Shown here: piece after piece, positions 37,201 through 44,982 of the stretch
How the letters are laid out: each line of letters opens with the position of its first letter
How positions within the stretch are numbered: the first letter of the stretch is position 1
Virus record (IMG/VR): IMGVR_UViG_3300034418_011142
Coordinates: 4,864 to 68,863 of that record
DNA length: 64,000 nucleotides
Direction: 5' to 3' (one strand)
Source: a virus
Made by a program: the position numbers and the translations under genes
The notes under the pieces: generated by a model
Seen by the model: the letters and a program-made list of their open reading frames with translations, nothing else
What the model was told of the DNA's origin: nothing
Database searches by the model: none

Positions 37201-39837
37201 ACACAAGGTGCTACAGGCGCTCAAGGCACTACAGGAAGCCAAGGAACAACTGGTACACAAGGTGCAACGGGAAGTCAGGGTACAAATGGAACCCAAGGGA
37301 CAACAGGAACACAGGGTACTACAGGTACACAAGGAACAAATGGTACTCAAGGAGCTACAGGAACACAGGGTACTACAGGTACACAAGGAACAAATGGAAC
37401 CCAAGGGACAACAGGAACACAGGGTACTACAGGTACACAAGGAACAAATGGAACCCAAGGGACAACAGGAACACAAGGAACAAACGGAACACAAGGTTCT
37501 ACAGGTGCACAAGGAGTAGATGGAGCTTTAACTATATCAAATTCTGGCAATAATAGAGTTATTACAGATATAGATGGTACAAATGTCAATGCAGAAGCTA
37601 ATATGACCTTTGATGGTAGTAATCTAACAGTTGGTGTATCACACACAAACTCAGGAACAAATACTACAATAGCAGGTGGTGTATCAAACTGTGTAACAGG
37701 TGATTACTCATCAATAGTAGGAGGTACTTTTAACACAGCTTCAGCAGCACGTAGCTTTATAGGAGGTGGTTGTTCAAATGATATTGATACTAATACATCA
37801 TATGCTCTTATAGGTGGTGGACGTAGTAATAAAATATGCGGTCTTGGAACAGACACTGTAAGTTCATATAGTGCTATAGTAACTGGTGAAGGGAGTAAGA
37901 TTTTATCGTCTTCATATAGTTTTATGGGAGGAGGGATATTTAACCAAATATCTGGAAGTAATTATTCTACAATTGTTGGTGGTGTTAATAACGAAATAAA
38001 CTCCCTTAATCTTGCTGGAAGTGGATTATCAATAATTGGAGGTGGAGAATGTAACTTTATAACAGATACTTGTTATGGAACAATAGGAGGGGGATGTGCC
38101 AATTTAGTAACCGGTACCAAATCTACTATAGCAGGAGGTACCCTAAACACAGCTTCAGCAGCATGTACTTTTATAGGAGGTGGTAATAGCAATAGTATCC
38201 TTGGTAACCATGGTTTTATAGGAGGAGGTGATAGCAATATCATCTGTAGTACTATAACTTGTGCTGTAATTGCAGGAGGACAAGGCAATATAGCTAAAGG
38301 GGTTCAATCATTTATAGGAGGTGGAAAAGGAAATCTAGCTGCATCTGGAGGTTCAATTGTAGTAGGAGGTGCGTTAAACGTAGCTGGGGGAGATTATACT
38401 ACTGTTGTTGGAGGAAGTGAAAATGTTTTAGATGGAGCAGCGTGTGGTTTTATAGGAGGAGGAAGTGGCAATGATGCTTTTGGGGCATATGATATAATTG
38501 TAGGAGGTCAAGATGGATTTTCAAAAGGTGGTCAATATAACTTTATAGGATCAGGTAAAGGAAATTGTATAGAAGGTACTGATTTTAGTGCTATTGTAGG
38601 AGGTGTTTCGGTATGTATTCTTAATGTTGAAACAAGCTTTATTGGGGGTGGTAATGGTAATATTATAACCATTGGTAATTCTAGTGTTGTTGTAGGAGGT
38701 CAAGCCAATTGCGCCTGTGGAGCTTGTGGTTTTATTGGAGGTGGATGTTGTAATATAATTTGCAATGCAGAAACATTTTCAGCTATTGCTGGTGGTAGAC
38801 GAAATTGTGTAGATGGAGATTATTCTGCTATAGTTGGAGGTTATCTTAATACTATATCATCAGAGGCTAACTGCTCATTTATTGGTGGTGGTTATAATAA
38901 TGATGTAGGAGCTAGTGATTGTTGGGGAACTGTTGGTGGTGGATATCAAAACGTTGTTAATAATGATTATGGTACAATAGCGGGAGGACGAGACAATAGT
39001 GTTGCTGGAGGAATGGGATTTGTAGGAGGTGGATATTTAAATGAAGCTGATGGTAATTGCTCTACAGTTGGGGGTGGTTATAATAACTGTATAACAAGTC
39101 AATGTGGTGCTATTTTAGGTGGTAGTAATAATACAGCTACAGGAGGTGTAGCATTTATTGGAGGAGGAAATTTTAATTCAGTTTCAGGAATTGCTTCTAC
39201 TGTAGCTGGTGGATGTTCAAATAACGTTACAGGAGCTTGTGCTTTTATAGGAGGAGGACAGGCAAATACTAACTCAGGTACTTGGAGTGGTATTTTAGGG
39301 GGATGTGGTAATAATACAAATAATAAACAAGCTGCATTCATTATAGGCCAATCAATTACAGCTTTATCTAATTGTACTACTTATGTAAATAATTTTGCTT
39401 TCCACGCACATAATAATCAAACACCATACTTAGGAATCGCTAATACCGCAGGTGAATTAATTTATGTAGGAGCAACTTCAGTAACAGCAGGAAACGTTTA
39501 TTATTTAGCAGAACCTGTATCAGGAACATCTAGTTGGACCTTAGCGGATGCAGATGCTGCTAGTTCAGCAACTAATATGCTTGCAATGGCAGCTGGTACC
39601 GGTAATTCTAATGAAGTAGGTATGCTTATAAGAGGATTTGCAAGATTCACATCAGTATTCGGTCTTACAGGAGAAGTTATAGGATCGCCTCTATACTTAT
39701 CAACTACAGCAGGGGGTATTACAGCAGGAGCTCCTTCAGGTACAGGAGATATTGTAAGAGTAGTAGGACATTTAATTGATGATGCTACTGAAATAATATA
39801 CTTTAACCCAGATGGAGCTTGGGTAGAAATAGCTTAA
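34282..39837 (+). CDS. Giant collagen-like tail fibre/adhesin
   Basis: MPNWKKIIVSGS N-terminus, RVGIGTSTP fibre motif, two Gly-X-Y blocks, IGGGxxN repeat array, globular C-terminus. Confidence 0.85.
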   Translation: MPNWKKIIVSGSDATLNSLDVSSSITGSALQLGNLGDENEILIVGANTEVTSSNLLAIDTVNQRVGIGTSTPQVKLDLVGESSGEAQIRVAQHDDTSDGPDIRFFKSHGTAAASSSVANNDYIGAVNAFAYDGSTYIQSGFFGFQADGTDGDSKFGLRTRVGGTLTDRITIDSAGDVGIGGSLDVSTFITGSSAKLTSVPTGTTENKILLTDGSGNLVTRTDLSLQGATGAQGTTGTQGTTGTQGTTGTQGTTGTQGVTGTQGTTGTQGTTGDTGSQGATGTQGTTGDTGSQGATGTQGTTGTQGTTGTQGTTGIQGTTGDTGSQGATGTQGTTGDTGSQGATGTQGITGTQGTTGDTGSQGATGTQGTTGTQGTTGTQGTTGTQGTTGTQGTTGTDGISTYGIPYDFDSSTTAADPGSGDIRLSIDWTTGIVGNSYEAYVSETDADGLGRPSVLDTLTESTNDNKAIITLYAINNTNKKAQFYITGQTDNGSWRTLDIVYIDRDNWTISNGDPLYFSISLIGDEGAQGATGAQGTNGTQGTTGTQGTTGDTGSQGATGTQGTTGDTGSQGATGTQGTTGTQGTNGTQGTTGTQGTTGDTGSQGATGTQGTTGDTGSQGATGTQGTNGTQGVTGTQGTTGTQGTTGDTGSQGVTGTQGTTGDTGSQGATGTQGTTGTQGITGTQGTTGTQGTTGDTGSQGATGTQGTTGDTGSQGATGAQGSQGTTGTQGTTGDTGSQGATGTQGTTGTQGTNGTQGTTGTQGTTGTQGITGTQGITGTQGATGTQGTTGTQGATGSQGTNGTQGTTGAQGTTGTQGATGTQGTNGTQGTTGTQGATGTQGAQGEDGIQGATGAQGTTGAQGTTGTQGATGSQGTNGTQGTNGTQGTTGTQGATGAQGTNGTQGTNGTQGTTGTQGATGSQGTNGTQGTTGAQGAIGTQGITGAQGANGTQGITGAQGANGTQGTNGTQGTTGTQGATGAQGTTGSQGTTGTQGATGSQGTNGTQGTTGTQGTTGTQGTNGTQGATGTQGTTGTQGTNGTQGTTGTQGTTGTQGTNGTQGTTGTQGTNGTQGSTGAQGVDGALTISNSGNNRVITDIDGTNVNAEANMTFDGSNLTVGVSHTNSGTNTTIAGGVSNCVTGDYSSIVGGTFNTASAARSFIGGGCSNDIDTNTSYALIGGGRSNKICGLGTDTVSSYSAIVTGEGSKILSSSYSFMGGGIFNQISGSNYSTIVGGVNNEINSLNLAGSGLSIIGGGECNFITDTCYGTIGGGCANLVTGTKSTIAGGTLNTASAACTFIGGGNSNSILGNHGFIGGGDSNIICSTITCAVIAGGQGNIAKGVQSFIGGGKGNLAASGGSIVVGGALNVAGGDYTTVVGGSENVLDGAACGFIGGGSGNDAFGAYDIIVGGQDGFSKGGQYNFIGSGKGNCIEGTDFSAIVGGVSVCILNVETSFIGGGNGNIITIGNSSVVVGGQANCACGACGFIGGGCCNIICNAETFSAIAGGRRNCVDGDYSAIVGGYLNTISSEANCSFIGGGYNNDVGASDCWGTVGGGYQNVVNNDYGTIAGGRDNSVAGGMGFVGGGYLNEADGNCSTVGGGYNNCITSQCGAILGGSNNTATGGVAFIGGGNFNSVSGIASTVAGGCSNNVTGACAFIGGGQANTNSGTWSGILGGCGNNTNNKQAAFIIGQSITALSNCTTYVNNFAFHAHNNQTPYLGIANTAGELIYVGATSVTAGNVYYLAEPVSGTSSWTLADADAASSATNMLAMAAGTGNSNEVGMLIRGFARFTSVFGLTGEVIGSPLYLSTTAGGITAGAPSGTGDIVRVVGHLIDDATEIIYFNPDGAWVEIA
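34960..35481 (+). repeat. Collagen Gly-X-Y block 1 (about 58 triplets)
   Basis: GTQ/GTT/GDT/GSQ/GAT triplets with degenerate 9/18-nt periodicity. Confidence 0.9.
35848..37530 (+). repeat. Collagen Gly-X-Y block 2 (about 187 triplets)
   Basis: GTQ/GTT/GAT/GTN triplets, no proline. Confidence 0.9.
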
Positions 39838-39847
39838 AAATAATTTT

Positions 39848-40513
39848 ATGGCAGAATTTGATACAGGATACAAAGAAAGAACTCTTACTTTCGAAAGTAG
39901 TAAAATTAAATATACTAAAGACGGTGAAGAGTTTAACGTAATGATGGATTGGGAAACCCCAATTATGAAAAGATCAGCTGAATGGGTAACAAATGGAGGT
40001 AGAGCAGAAAGCATATTAGAACTAGGTTTTGGCATGGGTATATCAGCAGGATTTATTCAAGCATACCAACCAAATCAACATACAATAATGGAATTACACC
40101 CAAATATAGTAGAACGGGCAGAAGAATATGCTAATCAAAGAAATAAGTATTATAGTAGTTCCAAAGCAACAGCTCATAAAAGAGTTACTATAATTGGAGG
40201 TAAGGACTGGTATGATGAATTTGGAAAAGAATTCAGCAAATCAGGTTTACAGGAATTTGATGCTATTTTTATAAATACTTATCAAGATACAAAGTTACAC
40301 GAATTTAAAAATTACATTACTAAATTTTTAAAGGTAGGAGGTAGAATGACTTGGTGGAACCCAATGGAAAATTTCATCCCAGACGAAACTACTAAAAATA
40401 GAAGAGGAGTTAGCTATGAATTAATTAGATTAAGTGATCATAAAATTAAAATTCCACAAAATGAATATCATAGCACAGACGAGTATTACATGCCAATGTA
40501 TATAAGACAGTAG
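39848..40513 (+). CDS. SAM-dependent methyltransferase, Rmt2/GAMT-like
   Basis: VMMDWETPIM, ILELGFGMGI, HTIMELHP, FDAIF. Confidence 0.75.
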   Translation: MAEFDTGYKERTLTFESSKIKYTKDGEEFNVMMDWETPIMKRSAEWVTNGGRAESILELGFGMGISAGFIQAYQPNQHTIMELHPNIVERAEEYANQRNKYYSSSKATAHKRVTIIGGKDWYDEFGKEFSKSGLQEFDAIFINTYQDTKLHEFKNYITKFLKVGGRMTWWNPMENFIPDETTKNRRGVSYELIRLSDHKIKIPQNEYHSTDEYYMPMYIRQ

Positions 40514-40517
40514 AATT

Positions 40518-41204
40518 ATGCCATCAGTAGCCCCGGAAACAACATCAGGAGAACTTTTTACATATTTAGATGCTACTTCATATACTTGGAGTGATACAAG
40601 GAATGCATCTACTGCAGGTTTGGCTTATGTATATCAACAGGGTGTTGTAATTGTTGCTGAATATACTGGAGGAAGAGGTAGTTTATTTAGAATTAGAAGA
40701 GGATATTTACATTTTGATCTTTCCTCAGTTAGCGGTACAATTACAGATTTAGACTTAGATTTATATACAAGATCCCCCTCTGTAGCCAGAGACATTATAA
40801 TTGTAAAATCTACTGCACCTGATGGTTCTAATATTGCAGTTGGTGACTTTGGAGCTGCAGATTTAAGCACTGCTTACTCAGCTGAATTTACCACCTTTAG
40901 TAACACTGCAGATGCTCAAAATACTATAGCATTAAATAGTACTGCAATATCGGATGCTAATACAAATTCTGAATTAATTTTAGCAGTAGTAGACCATACT
41001 TACGACTATTCAAACTCACAACCTGCAACAGGACTTCAACTATCACTACAATATCATCTTTCCTCTTTAACTTTAAGACCAACCTTAACTTATACGGCAG
41101 TAACCGGATATGGAAATACTGTAATGGGGGTAGTATCTGCTAATATAGGAGAAGTAACAGGAGTTGCAACAGCAGATATTGGAAAAGTAATAGGAGTACA
41201 GTAA
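40518..41204 (+). CDS. Putative virion accessory/fibre-tip protein
   Basis: RRGYLHFDLSSV...RPTLTYT beta-sandwich pattern; C-terminal VxGVxxAxIG repeats. Confidence 0.45.
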   Translation: MPSVAPETTSGELFTYLDATSYTWSDTRNASTAGLAYVYQQGVVIVAEYTGGRGSLFRIRRGYLHFDLSSVSGTITDLDLDLYTRSPSVARDIIIVKSTAPDGSNIAVGDFGAADLSTAYSAEFTTFSNTADAQNTIALNSTAISDANTNSELILAVVDHTYDYSNSQPATGLQLSLQYHLSSLTLRPTLTYTAVTGYGNTVMGVVSANIGEVTGVATADIGKVIGVQ

Positions 41205-41234
41205 TTTGGAATTTAATAAATAAATTCGTATATT
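41205..41234 (+). promoter_or_regulatory. Putative early promoter
   Basis: TTTGG-N16-TCGTATATT. Confidence 0.65.
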
Positions 41235-41257
41235 ACTAGTACTAGAAATAGGTTTTA

Positions 41258-42487
41258 ATGAAAAATAAAGTTAGTTGTACTATTGTATCTATTATTATAG
41301 GTAGAGAGTTTTCTATAGATAAACTCCTAGACTATTTTTCTAATTTATCTATCCCTAATCAAATAAATCAACTTAATTTAAATTTAGTTTTAGGATGTGA
41401 CAATAATTTTACAAATCAACTTAAAAGTAAAATTAAAGAATTAAAACTATCTGACAAATACAATAAAATAAGTTTTATAGAAGGTAATAGAAGGTGTCAC
41501 CCCGATTTAAACTGGGAGGAATGGGAACAATATACCCGCAAAAAAGACACGCTTGTTAAACATGATTCTGCTTTACAAAATATCAATATAGGATTACAAT
41601 CAGTTGAAGAAGGAGATTTTATTCATTTTGTAGATGATGATACTATACCACCTTATTTTGCTTTAAAAGATCTTTTTAATGCTTATAATAAAATAGAAAA
41701 TTGCGGTATAACAAGCGGGATTTATTTTAATAAAGAATGGTTAGGGCCTACTATAGTTACAGAAAAACCTGAAACAAAAAGGCGTATAGTAGCAAGTGTA
41801 AGAAAAGATAAATGGATAGAAACCTCTATAGATGATCTAACCTATACAGATTACACAGATATAGGTTTTGTAGGAAATGGATGTATGCTCCTTTCAGTAA
41901 ATGATACAAAACAAATTCTTCCTTTAACTGAAAATCGAGATTATTTTGATACTGATGCTCCTCCTGATTCTAAAATATGTCATAGAATAAGGCTGTTAGG
42001 GAAAAAAATAAGTGTAGTTCCTTCTATAGTATGTAAGCATTTAGATGATAAAGGAGAACCAGTAGGATTATCAGAAAAATATTTAGAAAAAATCAAAAAT
42101 TCTGGTAAACCTAAAAAAATCCTTTTTATGAATTTTAACCCTTATATAAACTATCTAAAATTAACATCAGAATATGATTATACTATTATAACAGCATTTA
42201 CTGAACTAATTAATTCAAACCATAAAAATAAATTAAAAACACTAACAAACTTTAGTAATATTAAATTAGTAAAAAAAAGTATAGTTGATGTAGTAAATAA
42301 ATATTCTTTAGATTTTAAAATTAAACATGAATTTAATATGTTACTTACTTTCCAAGAAATATATTCTTATATTAGTGATAAAAGTGAATATAAAATTTAT
42401 GCTTACAGAAATAGTAAAAATGATATAAATTTAGTGGCTACATTAGATAGTTCTAAATTAAAAAACTTATTAAATACAAAAATATAA
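41258..42487 (+). CDS. GT-A fold (GT2-like) glycosyltransferase
   Basis: IHFVDDDTIPP DxD motif, GNGCMLL, D..IC.R....G.KI..VPSIVCKH. Confidence 0.65.
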   Translation: MKNKVSCTIVSIIIGREFSIDKLLDYFSNLSIPNQINQLNLNLVLGCDNNFTNQLKSKIKELKLSDKYNKISFIEGNRRCHPDLNWEEWEQYTRKKDTLVKHDSALQNINIGLQSVEEGDFIHFVDDDTIPPYFALKDLFNAYNKIENCGITSGIYFNKEWLGPTIVTEKPETKRRIVASVRKDKWIETSIDDLTYTDYTDIGFVGNGCMLLSVNDTKQILPLTENRDYFDTDAPPDSKICHRIRLLGKKISVVPSIVCKHLDDKGEPVGLSEKYLEKIKNSGKPKKILFMNFNPYINYLKLTSEYDYTIITAFTELINSNHKNKLKTLTNFSNIKLVKKSIVDVVNKYSLDFKIKHEFNMLLTFQEIYSYISDKSEYKIYAYRNSKNDINLVATLDSSKLKNLLNTKI

Positions 42488-42488
42488 A

Positions 42489-42746
42489 ATGATAATAGGT
42501 AATCAAAAATTAACAGAAGAAGAATTTAACATTGGAAATTCTTTACATAATAAAAGGTTAGAATATTTAATACAATTAGGTGAAATTAAATTAGCCGAAT
42601 TAGAAAATGAACGTCGATTAGAAGAAGTTTATACTAATATAATTGAATTAAATACTAAAGAAAATTTATTTCAACAAGATATGTTTAATAAGTATGGAAA
42701 AGGTCAAGTTGATTTAGTAAACCAAGTATATGTTAGAAACGTTTAA
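42489..42746 (+). CDS. Small coiled-coil protein (paralog of 48217)
   Basis: KLTEEE...LGEI...KYGKGQVDL. Confidence 0.55.
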   Translation: MIIGNQKLTEEEFNIGNSLHNKRLEYLIQLGEIKLAELENERRLEEVYTNIIELNTKENLFQQDMFNKYGKGQVDLVNQVYVRNV

Positions 42747-43395
42747 GTCAAAAGGATTTATACATCTGCGCTCTGTATTAGATAGAGATCTTTTAAAATA
42801 TACAAGAGATCTTGCTGTAGAGATGAAATATAAATATGCTTCATCTGCAGGACAATTAAGAGAATGGGGTACTGGCGTATTTTGGTCAGGGTATGAAATG
42901 GCAAGTAAGTTAGATGAAAGATTATACGATTCATATACTAGCCCTTTTATGTATGAATTATCTTCTTTATTATTAGAAACTAAAGAACCATACTTATTTA
43001 ATGATCAAGTAGTAGTTAAACTACCAGGAGAAGGATTTGCTTTTGAAGCACATTACGATAATCAATATGGTCCAGATCCAACTGCTGCTGCTGAAGGAAA
43101 ATATAAAACAGTAAATATATCTTGGATATTAGATGATATGCCAACTGAAACTGGACCCCTTATTTGTAGAAATAATCAAACAGGTGAATATGAAGAGTTA
43201 GTAGCTAAAGCAGGAGATGTAGTTGCTATAGAAGGTAATACTCTACACGGTTCTAATTTAAATACTTCTAATAATATCAGAGGATTATATGCTTGTGTGT
43301 ATTCAACTCATCCAATAGGGAATTTTCATAATAATCCTAATTACCCATATCCACATTTTAAAGGCTTTTATAATGAAAAATTCCCTAAGATTTAA
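42730..43395 (+). CDS. PhyH-like Fe(II)/2-oxoglutarate dioxygenase
   Basis: KGFIHLRSVL, VVKLPG...AHYD (HxD), WILDDM..ETGPL, KAGDVV.....LHGS..N.S...R. Confidence 0.8.
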   Translation: MLETFKSKGFIHLRSVLDRDLLKYTRDLAVEMKYKYASSAGQLREWGTGVFWSGYEMASKLDERLYDSYTSPFMYELSSLLLETKEPYLFNDQVVVKLPGEGFAFEAHYDNQYGPDPTAAAEGKYKTVNISWILDDMPTETGPLICRNNQTGEYEELVAKAGDVVAIEGNTLHGSNLNTSNNIRGLYACVYSTHPIGNFHNNPNYPYPHFKGFYNEKFPKI

Positions 43396-43945
43396 TCCAC
43401 CCAAAGAGTGGAACTTAATGGCATCAGGAAATAGATACTATATCGGGCTTAGTATACTAATAATAGACGTATTAAATACTCTCAAAAATAAAACTAATTT
43501 AAAAATGTTGGAAATTGGTTCTTATAAAGGAGAATCTACTTTTATGTTTGCTTCATCTGGCATATTTGACGAAATACATTGTATAGATCCTCATAGAGGC
43601 AACGAAGAAGCAAATGGGATATTTAATGATAATTGGGAAGAAATACAAGAAGAATTTAAATTAAATACAAGATATTTTAATAATATAACTTTACACCAAG
43701 ATTACAGCTATAATATAGTTGATAAATTCGAAGATGGTTATTTTGATTTTATTTATATAGACGGTTCTCATGAGTATGAAGATGTAAAAAAAGATTTAGA
43801 ATTATATTTACCTAAAACAAACCACCTTATAGGAGGCCATGACTACCAGAAAGAATGGCCTGGAGTAGTTAAGGCAGTAGATGAAATAATAGGTAAACCT
43901 TATAAAACATATATAGATGAAAGCTGGGCTCACTCTATAATTTAA
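43373..43945 (+). CDS. Class I SAM methyltransferase (Methyltransf_24-like)
   Basis: LEIGSYKGEST, CIDP, DFIYIDGSHEYEDVKKD, GGHDY. Confidence 0.85.
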   Translation: MKNSLRFNPPKEWNLMASGNRYYIGLSILIIDVLNTLKNKTNLKMLEIGSYKGESTFMFASSGIFDEIHCIDPHRGNEEANGIFNDNWEEIQEEFKLNTRYFNNITLHQDYSYNIVDKFEDGYFDFIYIDGSHEYEDVKKDLELYLPKTNHLIGGHDYQKEWPGVVKAVDEIIGKPYKTYIDESWAHSII

Positions 43946-43950
43946 AATTA

Positions 43951-43980
43951 TTAGGATAAGTAAATTAATTTTTGTATATT
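43951..43980 (+). promoter_or_regulatory. Putative early promoter
   Basis: TTAGG-N16-TTGTATATT. Confidence 0.55.
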
Positions 43981-43989
43981 GGTTTTTAT

Positions 43990-44982
43990 ATGATAAAAAA
44001 TTTAGCTAAATTAGTTTTAGACCATAATGGATCTATCTCTCCTTTAATTATCCCCTCAGATTTAACAGATGGAACTGGATTATGTAATCCTTCTGTATTC
44101 ATAGATGATAATGGAGATATATTGTGTAATGTACGCCATGTCCATTATACCTTATATCATTCTGAATTTGATCAAAAATTTTATTGCAAATGGGGTTGTT
44201 TAGCTTATTTAAATCCTGAGGATGATATATCATTAAAAACAGGAAATTATTTATGTAAATTAAACCCTGACACATTAGAAGTAGAATCTTTTAATAAAGT
44301 AGACACATCTAAATATGATACCCCTCCAGTATGGGAATTTCATGGTTTAGAAGATGCTCGTGTTTTTAGATGGGATGATCAATTATATATTTGCGGTGTA
44401 CGTCGTGATGTTAAACCTGATGGTGAAGGGCGTATGGAATTATGTGAAATAGAATGGGATGGTGATAAATGCGTTGAAAAAACACGAGATAGAATAGAAG
44501 TAGATCCTCATACTTATCTTGAAAAAAACTGGATGCCTATTTTAGATATGCCTTATCATTTTGTAAGATGGACAAATCCTGTAGAAATTGTTAAGGTTGA
44601 TCCTAAAACTCAAACAAGTAAGGTAGTTTTAAAAAAGGATAAAAAAATAGATGTACCTCTGGAATTACGTGGAGGATCCCAAGTTATAAAGTTAGGAGAG
44701 AATTATATAGCAATAACTCATGAAGTTAAATTTTGGCACCATCCAGGGGAACATAAAGACGCTTTTTATTACCATAGATTTATAGTCTGGGATAAAGATT
44801 GGAATTTAGTTAAGTTATCTAAAGCATTTAGTTTTATGGATACTAGAATTGAATTTGTTTGTGGTTTAGCTGAATTAAAAGACGATTTACTTATAACATT
44901 TGGATATCAAGATAATGCTTCGTATCTTTTAAAGATGCCTAAGACTCTATTAGATAAATTAGAATGGGAACAGATAGACTAA
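43990..44982 (+). CDS. Beta-propeller glycosidase/phosphorylase-like protein (GH130/GH43-like)
   Basis: CNPSV, GLEDARVF, EKNWMP, RGGS, YYHRF, IEFVCGL, FGYQD; probable ATG at 43990. Confidence 0.7.
   Translation: MIKNLAKLVLDHNGSISPLIIPSDLTDGTGLCNPSVFIDDNGDILCNVRHVHYTLYHSEFDQKFYCKWGCLAYLNPEDDISLKTGNYLCKLNPDTLEVESFNKVDTSKYDTPPVWEFHGLEDARVFRWDDQLYICGVRRDVKPDGEGRMELCEIEWDGDKCVEKTRDRIEVDPHTYLEKNWMPILDMPYHFVRWTNPVEIVKVDPKTQTSKVVLKKDKKIDVPLELRGGSQVIKLGENYIAITHEVKFWHHPGEHKDAFYYHRFIVWDKDWNLVKLSKAFSFMDTRIEFVCGLAELKDDLLITFGYQDNASYLLKMPKTLLDKLEWEQID

Noticed and set aside
34954-37646. Several long alternative-frame and antisense ORFs (Cys/Ser-rich, HKVQ/LKEQ-rich)
   Set aside because: By-products of the stop-poor collagen repeat, with no starts, promoters or independent features.
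34282-39837. Diversity-generating retroelement or invertible tail-fibre cassette
   Set aside because: No reverse transcriptase, invertase, template/variable repeat pair or inverted segment was seen in this window.
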